DNA from: Mucisphaera calidilacus
Lineage (GTDB): Bacteria > Planctomycetota > Phycisphaerae > Phycisphaerales > Phycisphaeraceae
Direction of reading: 5' to 3'
DNA length: 32,000 nucleotides
NCBI RefSeq assembly: GCF_007748075.1
Contig: NZ_CP036280.1
Coordinates: forward strand, 1,200,001-1,232,000
Made by a program: the position numbers and the translations under genes. Shown in pieces: positions 24,240-32,000 of this stretch. The notes beneath the pieces were generated by a model. It saw nothing but the letters and a program-made list of their open reading frames with translations, made no database searches and was not told the DNA's origin. The stretch's first letter is position 1, and each line of letters starts with the position of its first letter.

Positions 24240-26818
24240 AGCACCTGTGCCCTCTTGCGGAAGCGTGCGCGGACGATTTCGGCGACGGTGTTGAGGACGA
24301 AGGTCATGACAAAGAGCAGCAGTGCGGTGAGGAAGAGCGTGCGGTAGTGGGTTGAGTCGCGGACGGCTTCGGGCAGTTCAACGGCGATGTTGGCGCTCAT
24401 GGTGCGGAAGCCGTTGAAGGGGTTGATGTCCATCACGGGTGTGTTGCCGGCGGCCATGAGGACGATCATGGTCTCGCCGACGGCTCTTCCGAGGCCGATC
24501 ATGAGGGCGCTGAAGAGCCCGCTGGCGGCGATGGGCATGACGACGCGGACGGTGGTCTGCCAGGGCGTGGCGCCCGCGCCGAGTGAGGCGGAGCGGAGGT
24601 GGTTGGGCACGGCGGTGAGGGCGTCATCGGCGATGGTGTAGATGATGGGGATGACGGCGAAGCCCATGACGAAGCCGACGATCATGGCGTTACGCTGGAC
24701 GTAGGTGTCGATGAGGGAGGGGCGTGGGTCGACGCCGAAGGCGGCGAGCACGAACGCGGCGACGGCGGAGAGGGCGAGGCCGATGGCGACGATGGCGAGC
24801 CACTTGAGCAGGTTGAGGCGTGCCGCGGCGCTGACCGAGTGGATGGTGGTGGATCGGAGGATGTCGGTGAGGATCTGGCCGCCCCAGACGGCGGAGGCGA
24901 GGAGGCCGAGGGGCAGCAGGAGGAGGAAGAGTCCGGCGAAGGGCCCGCCGATCTGGCCGTCGAGCCATCGCTTGATGTCGCCCGCGAAGAGGAAGGTTTC
25001 GATGGGGTTCCCGCTGAGCCAACCGATGCCGGCGCCGGCGAGGAGGGCGGCGACGACGCCGATGAGCCGCTTGCGTCGGGCGGCCACGGCCATGCTTTCG
25101 GGGAGCAGGTTCCAGAGGTAGGCACCGGTGATCAGCGCGAGCGGCGTGACGAGACAGACGCCTATCGCTTCGGGCAGGCGTGTTTCGACGAAGGGGGCGA
25201 TGACGAGTCCGCCCATGAAGCCGAGGACGACGGAGGGGAGGCTGGCCATCATCTCGAGGGTGGGCTTGATGCGTCCGCGCCAGTGGGGTGAGAGGTATTC
25301 ACTGCTGTAGATGGCGGCAAGCAGGGCGATGGGCGTGGCGAAGATCATGGCGAAGATGGTGGCCTTGATCGTCCCGAAGACCAGTGGCATGAGCCCGAGC
25401 TTGGGTTCGTGGGCGTCGGTGGCGCCGGAGGACTGCCAGACGTGCTGGGGATCGTCGTATCCCTCGTACCAGACGGGGAGGAAGAGTGAGCGGATGCTGG
25501 CCTCGGGGTGTCTGACGGAGAAGGGCCATCGGACGATGCCGTCGTTGGTCCAGGCGAGGATGCCGTCTTCCTTGGGTGCGAAGCAGACGGCGAGGGGGCT
25601 TGCCTGTTGGCTGGGCGGGAGGATGGTGACGCCGCTGGTGACCTGCGAGAGTTCGAGGTGTCCGTCTTCGTGACCGACGACGATGAGGCGTGAGCGTGTG
25701 GAGGCGTTGAGCGAGACCACGGGGGAGGGGTGTTCGCCGAGGGTGTGGGCGTGGACGAGTCGGAAACCGTCGCTGACGGCGCTGTCTTCGGAGCGTATGC
25801 GGAAGAGGGCGAGGGTCTGGCCCGATTCGGTGCCGACGAGGAGTGTTTCGCGGCCGATGAGCATGGTGGCGGTGGTGGCCCGTCCCTCAATCGGCGGGGT
25901 GACGCGTTCGGCGAGTCCGGGGGCGTCAGCGCTGCGCAGGTCGTAGCGGTCGATGCATCCGTCATCCCAGACGATGAAGGCGTTGTCGCCGAGCGCCGTG
26001 ACGCCGAGGAAGATCGGCGTGGTGTTGTCGCGTTGCTTGAAGGGGATGGTGGTGGTGCGTGGCCTGAGGGTGACCTTGCCGGTCATCAGGTTCTCGATGC
26101 GTCGGATGTTGACGACGCGGAGGGTGTCGCGTTTTTCGGTCAGCAGGACGATGGTGTCGCCGAGCGTGCTGCCGGTGGCGCGGTCGATGAGGAGGATGGG
26201 GTCGGTGTTGTTGTCGGTGCGGATGGCCTGTTCGAACTCGGTGATGAGTTCGAGGGTTCGGACCTGTGTCTCGTCGATGCGTGCCGCGATGCGTTTGCCC
26301 TCGCGGAGCGATTCGCCGACCTGGAGATTCTGGATGGCCTGGGGTGCCCGGTCGACGTCCATGAATCGTGTCTTGAAGCCGACGGTCCCGATGGCGAAGC
26401 TGCCGTCGCCAAAGCCCAGGACGACGGAGTCGGTGGCGTCCCATCGGGCGTGGGCGGTGAGTCTTTTGTCGGGGAAGGGGACCTGTTCATCGATGGTCTG
26501 GCCGGAGGTGAGGTCGATGGCCTGGAAGGACCCGTTGTCCCGCCCGGTCAGGGCGAGGAGCTGGTACTCATCGACGCTGAGCCAGAGCGGCCGTGAGTCG
26601 TCGCCTGCTGCGGCGACGGTCTGGGGCTCGTCGGCGTGGGGTGAGAGGAACAGGGGGAGGGTGACCAGGGCGAGGAAGACGGCGACAAGCGAGACGGCGA
26701 CGATGGTGCCGATGCCGCCGATGGTGATGAGCAGCTGCGCGACGCGGTCGACGAAGCGCGTTGACAGACCTGTGGTTTTCCGGCGAACGCGACCGGTGAA
26801 CTGGCGGCTGGTCGTCAT
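24236..26818 (-). CDS. pstC: Phosphate ABC transporter permease PstC, long form with ~420-aa extracytoplasmic N-terminal domain
   Basis: The C-terminal permease core contains HLRSASLGAGATPWQTTVRVVMPIAASGLFSA. There is one N-terminal TM helix, then a large domain with repeated xDG-containing strand-like units. 4-nt overlap with pstA. Confidence 0.9.
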   Translation of the reverse strand: MTTSRQFTGRVRRKTTGLSTRFVDRVAQLLITIGGIGTIVAVSLVAVFLALVTLPLFLSPHADEPQTVAAAGDDSRPLWLSVDEYQLLALTGRDNGSFQAIDLTSGQTIDEQVPFPDKRLTAHARWDATDSVVLGFGDGSFAIGTVGFKTRFMDVDRAPQAIQNLQVGESLREGKRIAARIDETQVRTLELITEFEQAIRTDNNTDPILLIDRATGSTLGDTIVLLTEKRDTLRVVNIRRIENLMTGKVTLRPRTTTIPFKQRDNTTPIFLGVTALGDNAFIVWDDGCIDRYDLRSADAPGLAERVTPPIEGRATTATMLIGRETLLVGTESGQTLALFRIRSEDSAVSDGFRLVHAHTLGEHPSPVVSLNASTRSRLIVVGHEDGHLELSQVTSGVTILPPSQQASPLAVCFAPKEDGILAWTNDGIVRWPFSVRHPEASIRSLFLPVWYEGYDDPQHVWQSSGATDAHEPKLGLMPLVFGTIKATIFAMIFATPIALLAAIYSSEYLSPHWRGRIKPTLEMMASLPSVVLGFMGGLVIAPFVETRLPEAIGVCLVTPLALITGAYLWNLLPESMAVAARRKRLIGVVAALLAGAGIGWLSGNPIETFLFAGDIKRWLDGQIGGPFAGLFLLLLPLGLLASAVWGGQILTDILRSTTIHSVSAAARLNLLKWLAIVAIGLALSAVAAFVLAAFGVDPRPSLIDTYVQRNAMIVGFVMGFAVIPIIYTIADDALTAVPNHLRSASLGAGATPWQTTVRVVMPIAASGLFSALMIGLGRAVGETMIVLMAAGNTPVMDINPFNGFRTMSANIAVELPEAVRDSTHYRTLFLTALLLFVMTFVLNTVAEIVRARFRKRAQVL

Positions 26819-26866
26819 GGTTCAGAGGTCCGTCGCGTGACGTTGGTGGGGTCGCGGGTTGGTTGC

Positions 26867-27859
26867 TCAGAAGCCCGGTTCGATGTTGCAGGCGCTGAGC
26901 TGGCGGCGGGCGATCACCGCGGTGACGGGGAGGTATCCGTCCTTGATGACCTCGGCCTGTCCCTGCTTGCTGTAGATGAACCGGATGAACTCGCGTCGGA
27001 GCGGGTCGAGTTCTCGGTTCGGCTCGACGTTGACGGCGATGAGCAGGAAGCGTGTGAGGGGGTACTCGCCGGTGAGGCCGTGCTCTTCATCGGCGGGCAT
27101 GTACTCTTCGCCCTCCTGGAGTGCGAGGGGTACGGTGGCGACGTCGGCGGTTTTGTAGCCGATGCCGGAGTATCCGATGGCGTAGCGTTCGCGTGCGATG
27201 CCCTGCACGACGCCGGCGCTGCCGGGCTGCTCGTTGACGGAGGCTTTGAAGTCGCCGCCGCCGAGGGCGCGTTTCTTGAAGAATCCGTAGGTGCCGGAGA
27301 CGGAGTTGCGTCCGTAGATGTTGATGGGCGCGTTTTTCCAGTCGCCGGACATGCCCAGGTCGCCCCAGGTGTGGATTTCGCTGTGCCCGAACTTGCGTGT
27401 GGAGGAGAAGATGGCATCGGCCTCGGGCATGGTGAGGCCGCGTTGGGCGAGGGGGTTGTCCTTGTTGACGTAGATGGCGAGCATGTCGATGCCGACGGGC
27501 AGCTGTGTGGGTTTCCAGCCGAATTTTTCTTCGAAGCGGTCGATCTCGGCGTCTTTCATGGGACGCGACATGGGGCCGAAAGAAGCGGTGCCGGCGATCA
27601 GGGCGGCGGGAGCTGTGCTGGAGCCCTTGCCCTCGATCTCGGGCAGGACCGCGGGGTACATCTTGCGGAATTCCTCGGTCCAGTGGGCCATGAGGTTGTT
27701 CATGGTGTCGGAGCCGACGCTCTTGATGGAGCCGGAGATGCCTGCGATGGGCTTGTAATCGGGGAGGTCGGGGTCGACTTCGGCCGCGAGGGTGTTTCCG
27801 ACGACCGAAAAGGTGATGCCGAGGATCATGAGAAGGCGAGTGAGGTAGCGCGTGAGCAT
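26867..27859 (-). CDS. pstS: Phosphate-binding protein PstS
   Basis: Has a signal peptide and the motifs GSIKSVGSDTMNNLM, EGKGSSTAPAAL and FGPMSRPMK, typical of PstS-family periplasmic binding proteins. First gene of the pst operon. Confidence 0.9.
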   Translation of the reverse strand: MLTRYLTRLLMILGITFSVVGNTLAAEVDPDLPDYKPIAGISGSIKSVGSDTMNNLMAHWTEEFRKMYPAVLPEIEGKGSSTAPAALIAGTASFGPMSRPMKDAEIDRFEEKFGWKPTQLPVGIDMLAIYVNKDNPLAQRGLTMPEADAIFSSTRKFGHSEIHTWGDLGMSGDWKNAPINIYGRNSVSGTYGFFKKRALGGGDFKASVNEQPGSAGVVQGIARERYAIGYSGIGYKTADVATVPLALQEGEEYMPADEEHGLTGEYPLTRFLLIAVNVEPNRELDPLRREFIRFIYSKQGQAEVIKDGYLPVTAVIARRQLSACNIEPGF

Positions 27860-27945
27860 CGTGTGGGTCTCTCAGGACGGGAAATCTGCGGGTCGCGTAT
27901 TGTAGGAAAAACAATCTGCCGATGTGGCCGTTATGTTAATTGACG

Positions 27946-28752
27946 ATGAGCGTGCGAACCCCGATATCTCGATGCGTCGTGATGCTGCTTCTGGCCGTGG
28001 TTGCTGTTATTTCGGCGTGCGGGCCGAGTCGCACGGAGCAGTTGCCGGGTGCCGAGCGTCTGCCCGGTGATGCGCCGAAGAAGGCTCGCTGGCTGGTGAA
28101 TCCTTACGACGCGGACCTGCGTCGTGCCGCGATCAGCGAGGTGACGGACGAGGGGCTGGTGCGTGTTGAGCCTTACACCACCCTGCTGCACGAGCTGTTG
28201 GGTGATGAGGATCCGACGGTGCGGTCGGCGGCGGTTCGGGCGTTGATGTCCGAGCCGGACGTTGCTGACGTGGATGTGCTGATCCCGCTGCTGTGGGACG
28301 AGGTTGAGTATGTGCGCTGGGAGTGCACGGCGGCTTTGGCACGGGTTCATGCGCTGCGTGCGGTTCCCCCGCTGACGCGTGTGGTGCGCAGTGATTTCTC
28401 GGAGGAAGTGCGTGCGGGTGCAGCGCGGGCGCTGGGCCAGTATCGCGAGCCGTGGGTGGTCGACATCCTGGTGGGGGCTCTGGACGATTCGAGCTTCATG
28501 GTTTCGCGTGCCGCGGAACGTTCGCTGGAGACCCTCACGGGGCAGTCGCTGGGCAGCGACCCGGCGGCGTGGGCGGCGTGGATCAAGGCGAGTGGCGACA
28601 GCCTGTTCGCGGAGGCCCGGACGTATCGGTATCAGCCTTATGTGCGACCGCCGAAGATGATGGACCGGTTGACGCCCTGGCAGGATCGCGACCTGACGCC
28701 TCGGCGTCCGGTGTCTGACCCGGACGATGAGATACGTGCGTCAGGCGGTTGA
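27946..28752 (+). CDS. HEAT-repeat lipoprotein
   Basis: Has a signal plus lipobox (LLLAVVAVISAC). Repeated D/E-x-VR-x-AA-x-AL units (DPTVRSAAVRAL, VRWECTAALARV, EEVRAGAARALG, FMVSRAAERSL). Start placed at ATG 27946; the track uses TTG 27940. Confidence 0.72.
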   Translation: MSVRTPISRCVVMLLLAVVAVISACGPSRTEQLPGAERLPGDAPKKARWLVNPYDADLRRAAISEVTDEGLVRVEPYTTLLHELLGDEDPTVRSAAVRALMSEPDVADVDVLIPLLWDEVEYVRWECTAALARVHALRAVPPLTRVVRSDFSEEVRAGAARALGQYREPWVVDILVGALDDSSFMVSRAAERSLETLTGQSLGSDPAAWAAWIKASGDSLFAEARTYRYQPYVRPPKMMDRLTPWQDRDLTPRRPVSDPDDEIRASGG

Positions 28753-30747
28753 TTCGGCGCGTTCCATCCACTCGGCCTCGAGCGGTTCGAGCTCGGTGGC
28801 GAGCTTCATGCGATCGTCGTGAACCTTGGAGAAGGCGGAGGCGTCGCGGTAGAGGTCGGGGTCGGCGAGTTGCTGGTCGAGTTCGGCGATGCGGGTTTCG
28901 AGGGTCTCGATCTTCTCTTCGAGGGCTTTCTGGCTGAGTTTGGTGACGCCGCCACGGCTCTTGCCCCTGGGCTTGCTCTGCTTCCCGGGCTTTTTGGATT
29001 CGGTGTTGTTTGCCTGGGGTTGCGAGGCTTCGGGTTTGGACTTGGGCTTGTTCTTCCTGGTTTGTTCGCCGGTGTCGAGCAGCGGGGCGGCTTCGAGGGA
29101 GGCTGCGTACTCGCTGTAGGTGCCCTGGAAGAGTGACCAGCCGCCCCGGCCGTCGAGGATGAGCAGCCGGTCGACGACGCGGTCGAGGAGCATGCGGTCG
29201 TGGGTGATCAGCAGCAGGGTGCCGTTGCCGGTTTTCTTTTCGACGGTCGAGTAGCCCTGTTCTTCCTTGGCGTAGGTGTGGAGGGCTTCTTCGAGGCGTT
29301 CGGCGCTGGGGATATCGAGGTGGTTGCTGGGCTCGTCGAGGACGAGGAGGTTGTGCCCGCCGGTCATGAGCCCCGCGAGGACGGCGCGTCCGCGTTCGCC
29401 GCCGGAGAGCACGCTGAGAGGCTTGTCCTGGGAGTCGCCCGAGAAGAGGAACGCGCCGGCGAGGTCGCGTGCTTCCTGTTCGAGGTCGTTGGGCGTGAAT
29501 CGGCGGAGGTACTCGATCACCGTTTCGCTGAGGTTGAGGTGGTCGTGGGTCTGGCGGAAGTGGCCGACGTCGACCGAGGCGCCGAGTGAGGCGGTTCCCT
29601 CGGTCGGCTGTTGTTCTTCGAGCAGGCATCGGATCAGGGTGGACTTGCCGGCGCCGTTGGGGCCGATGACGCCGATGCACTCGCCGCGGTTGACCTCGAT
29701 CTCGACGCCGCGGAAGAGCGGCTTGTCGTCGTAGGTCATGCCGAGGTTCTTGGTGCGCAGGACGATGTCCCCGCTGCGCCGGTTGGGGGCGAAGGTGAGG
29801 CTCATCGACTTGAGCTCGACGGGCTTTTCGAGCAACTCGGCGTCCTTGTAGCGTTCGAGTCGTCGCTCGCGGCCCTGAGCCTGGCGGGAGCGTTGGCCGG
29901 CTCGGTAGCGGTCGATGAAGGACTGTTCCTGCTTGATCTTGGTCTGCTGTTTCTCGTAGGCGCGTGCCTGGGTGATAGTGCGCTGCTCGCGTTGCTCGCG
30001 GTACTGCTGGTAGTTGCCGGGGAACTCGACCATGCGTCCGCGTTCGAGCTCGTAGATCTTGGTGACCACGCGGTCGAGCATCCATCGGTCGTGGCTGATG
30101 AGGATGACCGCGCCCTCGTACCCGCCGAGGAACTGCTCGAGCCACTGTCGTCCGGCGATGTCGAGGTGGTTGGTCGGCTCGTCGAGCAGGAGGATGTCGG
30201 GCCCGCTGAGCAGGAGCTTGGCGAGGGCGAGTCGGCCGCGCTGTCCGCCGGAGAGGTCGCGGACCTTGACGTCGAAGGTCTGCTTCTCGATGCCCAGGCC
30301 CATCAGGATTTCTTCGACGCGGTGGTCGACGGCGTACCCGCCCATGGACTCGATGCGGTGCTCGATGCGTTCGTAGCGTTTGAGCAGGACCTCGAGTTCG
30401 TCGCCCTGGGCGGAGGCCATCTGTTCGGCGACGTCGCCCAGGTCGTCGTGGAGCTGGTCGAGGGTCTCGAAGGCGGTGCGGGCTTCTTCGAGGAGTGTTT
30501 TGTCGACGTCGAGGTTGGGGTCCTGGTGGAGGTAGCCGGCGATGGTGCCGCGTGCGAGCTGGATCTGGCCGGCTTCGGGTTCCTGCTTCTCGAGGCCGGC
30601 GACGAGGCGGAGGAGCGTAGACTTGCCGCAGCCGTTGCGTCCGACGAGGCCGACGTGCTCGCCGGCTGCGACGGAGATATTGACGCCATCGAGGATGATG
30701 CGTTCGCCGTAGCCGAAGACGAGGTTGGCGACCGTGAGCAGACTCAT
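28741..30747 (-). CDS. ABC-F family ATPase (Uup/EttA-like, two ABC domains plus basic coiled-coil C-terminal extension)
   Basis: Has two Walker A sites (GRNGCGKST, GPNGAGKST) and two signature motifs (LSGGQRGRL, LSGGERGR), with no TM domain. The Lys-rich linker and C-terminal coiled coil (LEEKIETLETRIAELDQQL) resemble Uup. Confidence 0.92.
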   Translation of the reverse strand: MSLLTVANLVFGYGERIILDGVNISVAAGEHVGLVGRNGCGKSTLLRLVAGLEKQEPEAGQIQLARGTIAGYLHQDPNLDVDKTLLEEARTAFETLDQLHDDLGDVAEQMASAQGDELEVLLKRYERIEHRIESMGGYAVDHRVEEILMGLGIEKQTFDVKVRDLSGGQRGRLALAKLLLSGPDILLLDEPTNHLDIAGRQWLEQFLGGYEGAVILISHDRWMLDRVVTKIYELERGRMVEFPGNYQQYREQREQRTITQARAYEKQQTKIKQEQSFIDRYRAGQRSRQAQGRERRLERYKDAELLEKPVELKSMSLTFAPNRRSGDIVLRTKNLGMTYDDKPLFRGVEIEVNRGECIGVIGPNGAGKSTLIRCLLEEQQPTEGTASLGASVDVGHFRQTHDHLNLSETVIEYLRRFTPNDLEQEARDLAGAFLFSGDSQDKPLSVLSGGERGRAVLAGLMTGGHNLLVLDEPSNHLDIPSAERLEEALHTYAKEEQGYSTVEKKTGNGTLLLITHDRMLLDRVVDRLLILDGRGGWSLFQGTYSEYAASLEAAPLLDTGEQTRKNKPKSKPEASQPQANNTESKKPGKQSKPRGKSRGGVTKLSQKALEEKIETLETRIAELDQQLADPDLYRDASAFSKVHDDRMKLATELEPLEAEWMERAESTA

Positions 30748-30775
30748 GGGGCGGGGGTTCCGGGGCTGAACGAAG

Positions 30776-30805
30776 CCGAGCCGGCGCTGGGTGGCACCGG
30801 CTCGG
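30776..30805 (-). terminator. GC-rich 9-bp hairpin between the EF-G stop and the ABC-F start (possible terminator/attenuator, weak T-tract)
   Basis: CCGAGCCGG (30776-30784) pairs with CCGGCTCGG (30797-30805) across a 12-nt loop. The downstream sequence on the minus strand is only CTTCGTTC. Confidence 0.3.
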
Positions 30806-30835
30806 TGAGAGGGTCACATCATAGATCGTCCGGGC

Positions 30836-32000
30836 TTACTTCTTCTGGAGGCCTTCCATGATCTGGGTGGCGATGTTGGCCGGGACCGGGCGGTAGTCGA
30901 GGGGTTCCATGGCGTAGCTTGCACGGCCCTGGGTCATGCCACGGAGTGTGTTGGAGTAGCCGAACATCTCCGAGAGGGGTGCCTCGGCGGTGAGGAGCCG
31001 GGTGTTGCCCCGTTCCTCGTCGCCGACGATCAGGGCACGGCGTCGGTTCATGTCGCCGGTGATGTTGCCGAAGAACTCGTCGGGGGTGGTGACGACGACC
31101 TTCATGAAGGGCTCGAGGAGCTGGAGTCCTGCCTTGCGGGTGGCGTCCTTGAAGGCGAGGGTGCCGGCCTGTTCGAAGGCGATCTGCGAGGAGTCGACGT
31201 CGTGGTAGGAGCCGTCGACGAGGGTGACCTTGACGCCGAGGAGCGGGTAGCCGGCGAGGACGCCTGACTTGGCGGTCTCGCGGCAGCCGACGGCGACGGA
31301 GGGGATGTATTCCTTGGGGATGGCACCGCCGACGACCTTGTTCTCGAAGGCGACGCCGTCTCTCCAGTCGAGTTCGGCTTCCTCGGCCTGCTGCTCGGTG
31401 AAGGGCTCGACCTGGATCGTACAGTCGCCGAACTGTCCGCGGCCGCCGGTCTGCTTCTTGTGGGTGCCGCGAGCCTCGGCGGAGCCTGCGATCGACTCCT
31501 TATAGGCGACGCGGGGCTGGCCGACGTTGACGCCGATCTTCATGTCGCGGGAGATCTTGGTGGTGAGGATTTCGAGGTGCAGCTCACCCATGCCGGCGAT
31601 GATGGTCTCGCCGGTCTCTTCGTCGTAGTGGCTCTGGAAGGAGGGGTCTTCGCGGCGGATGGTGCCGAGCGCGTTGGCGAGCTTCTCCTTGTCGCCCTGC
31701 GAGGCGGGCTCGATGGACATGGAGATGACGGGCTCGGGGAACTCCATGCGGTCGAGCACGATGGGGTCGTCGGGTGAGCAGAGCGTCTCGCCGGTCATGG
31801 ACTGCTTGAGCCCGACGACGGCGACGATCTCGCCGGCCTCGGCGGTCTCGCGTGCGATGCGGTCCTTGGAGTGCATCTCGAAGATGCGGCTGACGATCTC
31901 GCGCTTGCCGTTGTTGGAGTTGAGGACGCGGGTGCCCTTCTCGAGGACGCCGGAGTAGATGCGGCAGTAGGTCAGGTCGCCGTGCTGGTCGTTGACGATC
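30836..32000 (-). CDS. fusA: Elongation factor G, C-terminal ~388 codons; gene continues past the window end
   Basis: The segment MEFPEPVISMSIEP...EDPSF...IIAGMGELHLEI...GQPRVAYKESI...GGRGQFG...GGAIPKEYIP matches EF-G domains II-V. The frame stays open upstream of the track's Met at 31876 to position 32000 (...GDLTYCRIYSGVLEKGTRVLNSNNGKREIVSRIFEMHSKDR). Confidence 0.95.
   Translation of the reverse strand, partial: IVNDQHGDLTYCRIYSGVLEKGTRVLNSNNGKREIVSRIFEMHSKDRIARETAEAGEIVAVVGLKQSMTGETLCSPDDPIVLDRMEFPEPVISMSIEPASQGDKEKLANALGTIRREDPSFQSHYDEETGETIIAGMGELHLEILTTKISRDMKIGVNVGQPRVAYKESIAGSAEARGTHKKQTGGRGQFGDCTIQVEPFTEQQAEEAELDWRDGVAFENKVVGGAIPKEYIPSVAVGCRETAKSGVLAGYPLLGVKVTLVDGSYHDVDSSQIAFEQAGTLAFKDATRKAGLQLLEPFMKVVVTTPDEFFGNITGDMNRRRALIVGDEERGNTRLLTAEAPLSEMFGYSNTLRGMTQGRASYAMEPLDYRPVPANIATQIMEGLQKK

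Noticed and set aside
27860-27945. Possible Pho box upstream of pstS
   Set aside because: I found only a 7-mer direct repeat (AATCTGC at 27883-27889 and 27913-27919, 30 nt apart). There is no match to the E. coli CTGTCAT-type Pho box, and a single 7-mer repeat in 86 bp is compatible with chance.
1-32000. CRISPR arrays, IS elements/transposases, integrases, prophage genes, rRNA
   Set aside because: I scanned by eye and found no regularly spaced repeats, no terminal inverted repeats flanking ORFs, and no ORF with transposase, integrase or phage structural motifs.

Overview
High-GC (about 63-65% on hand-counted lines) chromosomal segment. It is probably from a Planctomycetota/PVC-type bacterium, inferred from a DUF1559-like prepilin-leader protein, two PEP-CTERM proteins and dockerin-like repeats. 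Content is mostly housekeeping. In order: a DUF4212 + sodium:solute symporter pair (the symporter runs off the left edge and is missing from the ORF track); a lipoprotein MsrB-MsrA fusion; cydAB; a secreted SOUL/HEBP-like protein; a beta-lactamase-fold hydrolase with dockerin-like repeats and a PEP-CTERM tail; a GH31 alpha-glucosidase; a beta-carbonic anhydrase; an NmrA-like protein; tRNA-Val(TAC); cyclophilin; thyA-folA; an isolated nuoA; a lipoprotein with a CE4 deacetylase domain; a PEP-CTERM protein; a DUF1343/NamZ-like protein; a long-form pstSCAB operon; a HEAT-repeat lipoprotein; an ABC-F ATPase; and the 3' part of an EF-G gene that runs off the right edge. No CRISPR array, transposase, integrase or rRNA was seen. 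The whole window has very strong strand asymmetry: the + strand is G-rich at synonymous sites, so minus-strand genes use C-ending codons and plus-strand genes use G-ending codons. This explains the many long Arg/Pro-rich or Gly/Val/Asp/Glu-rich shadow ORFs in the track. The one clear anomaly is a roughly 1-kb tract (13824 to about 14810) that breaks this rule. It holds a roughly 40% GC orphan gene with a DUF4145/HEPN-like C-terminal domain, wedged with no intergenic space between ppiB and folA and overlapping the folA stop. It also includes the last third of folA, whose codon style switches abruptly from C-ending to G-ending. I read this as an imported 'folA-3-prime + orphan gene' cassette and regard it as the best candidate for an undescribed accessory or defence-type module. 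All functional calls rest on motif recognition by eye; no searches were run.
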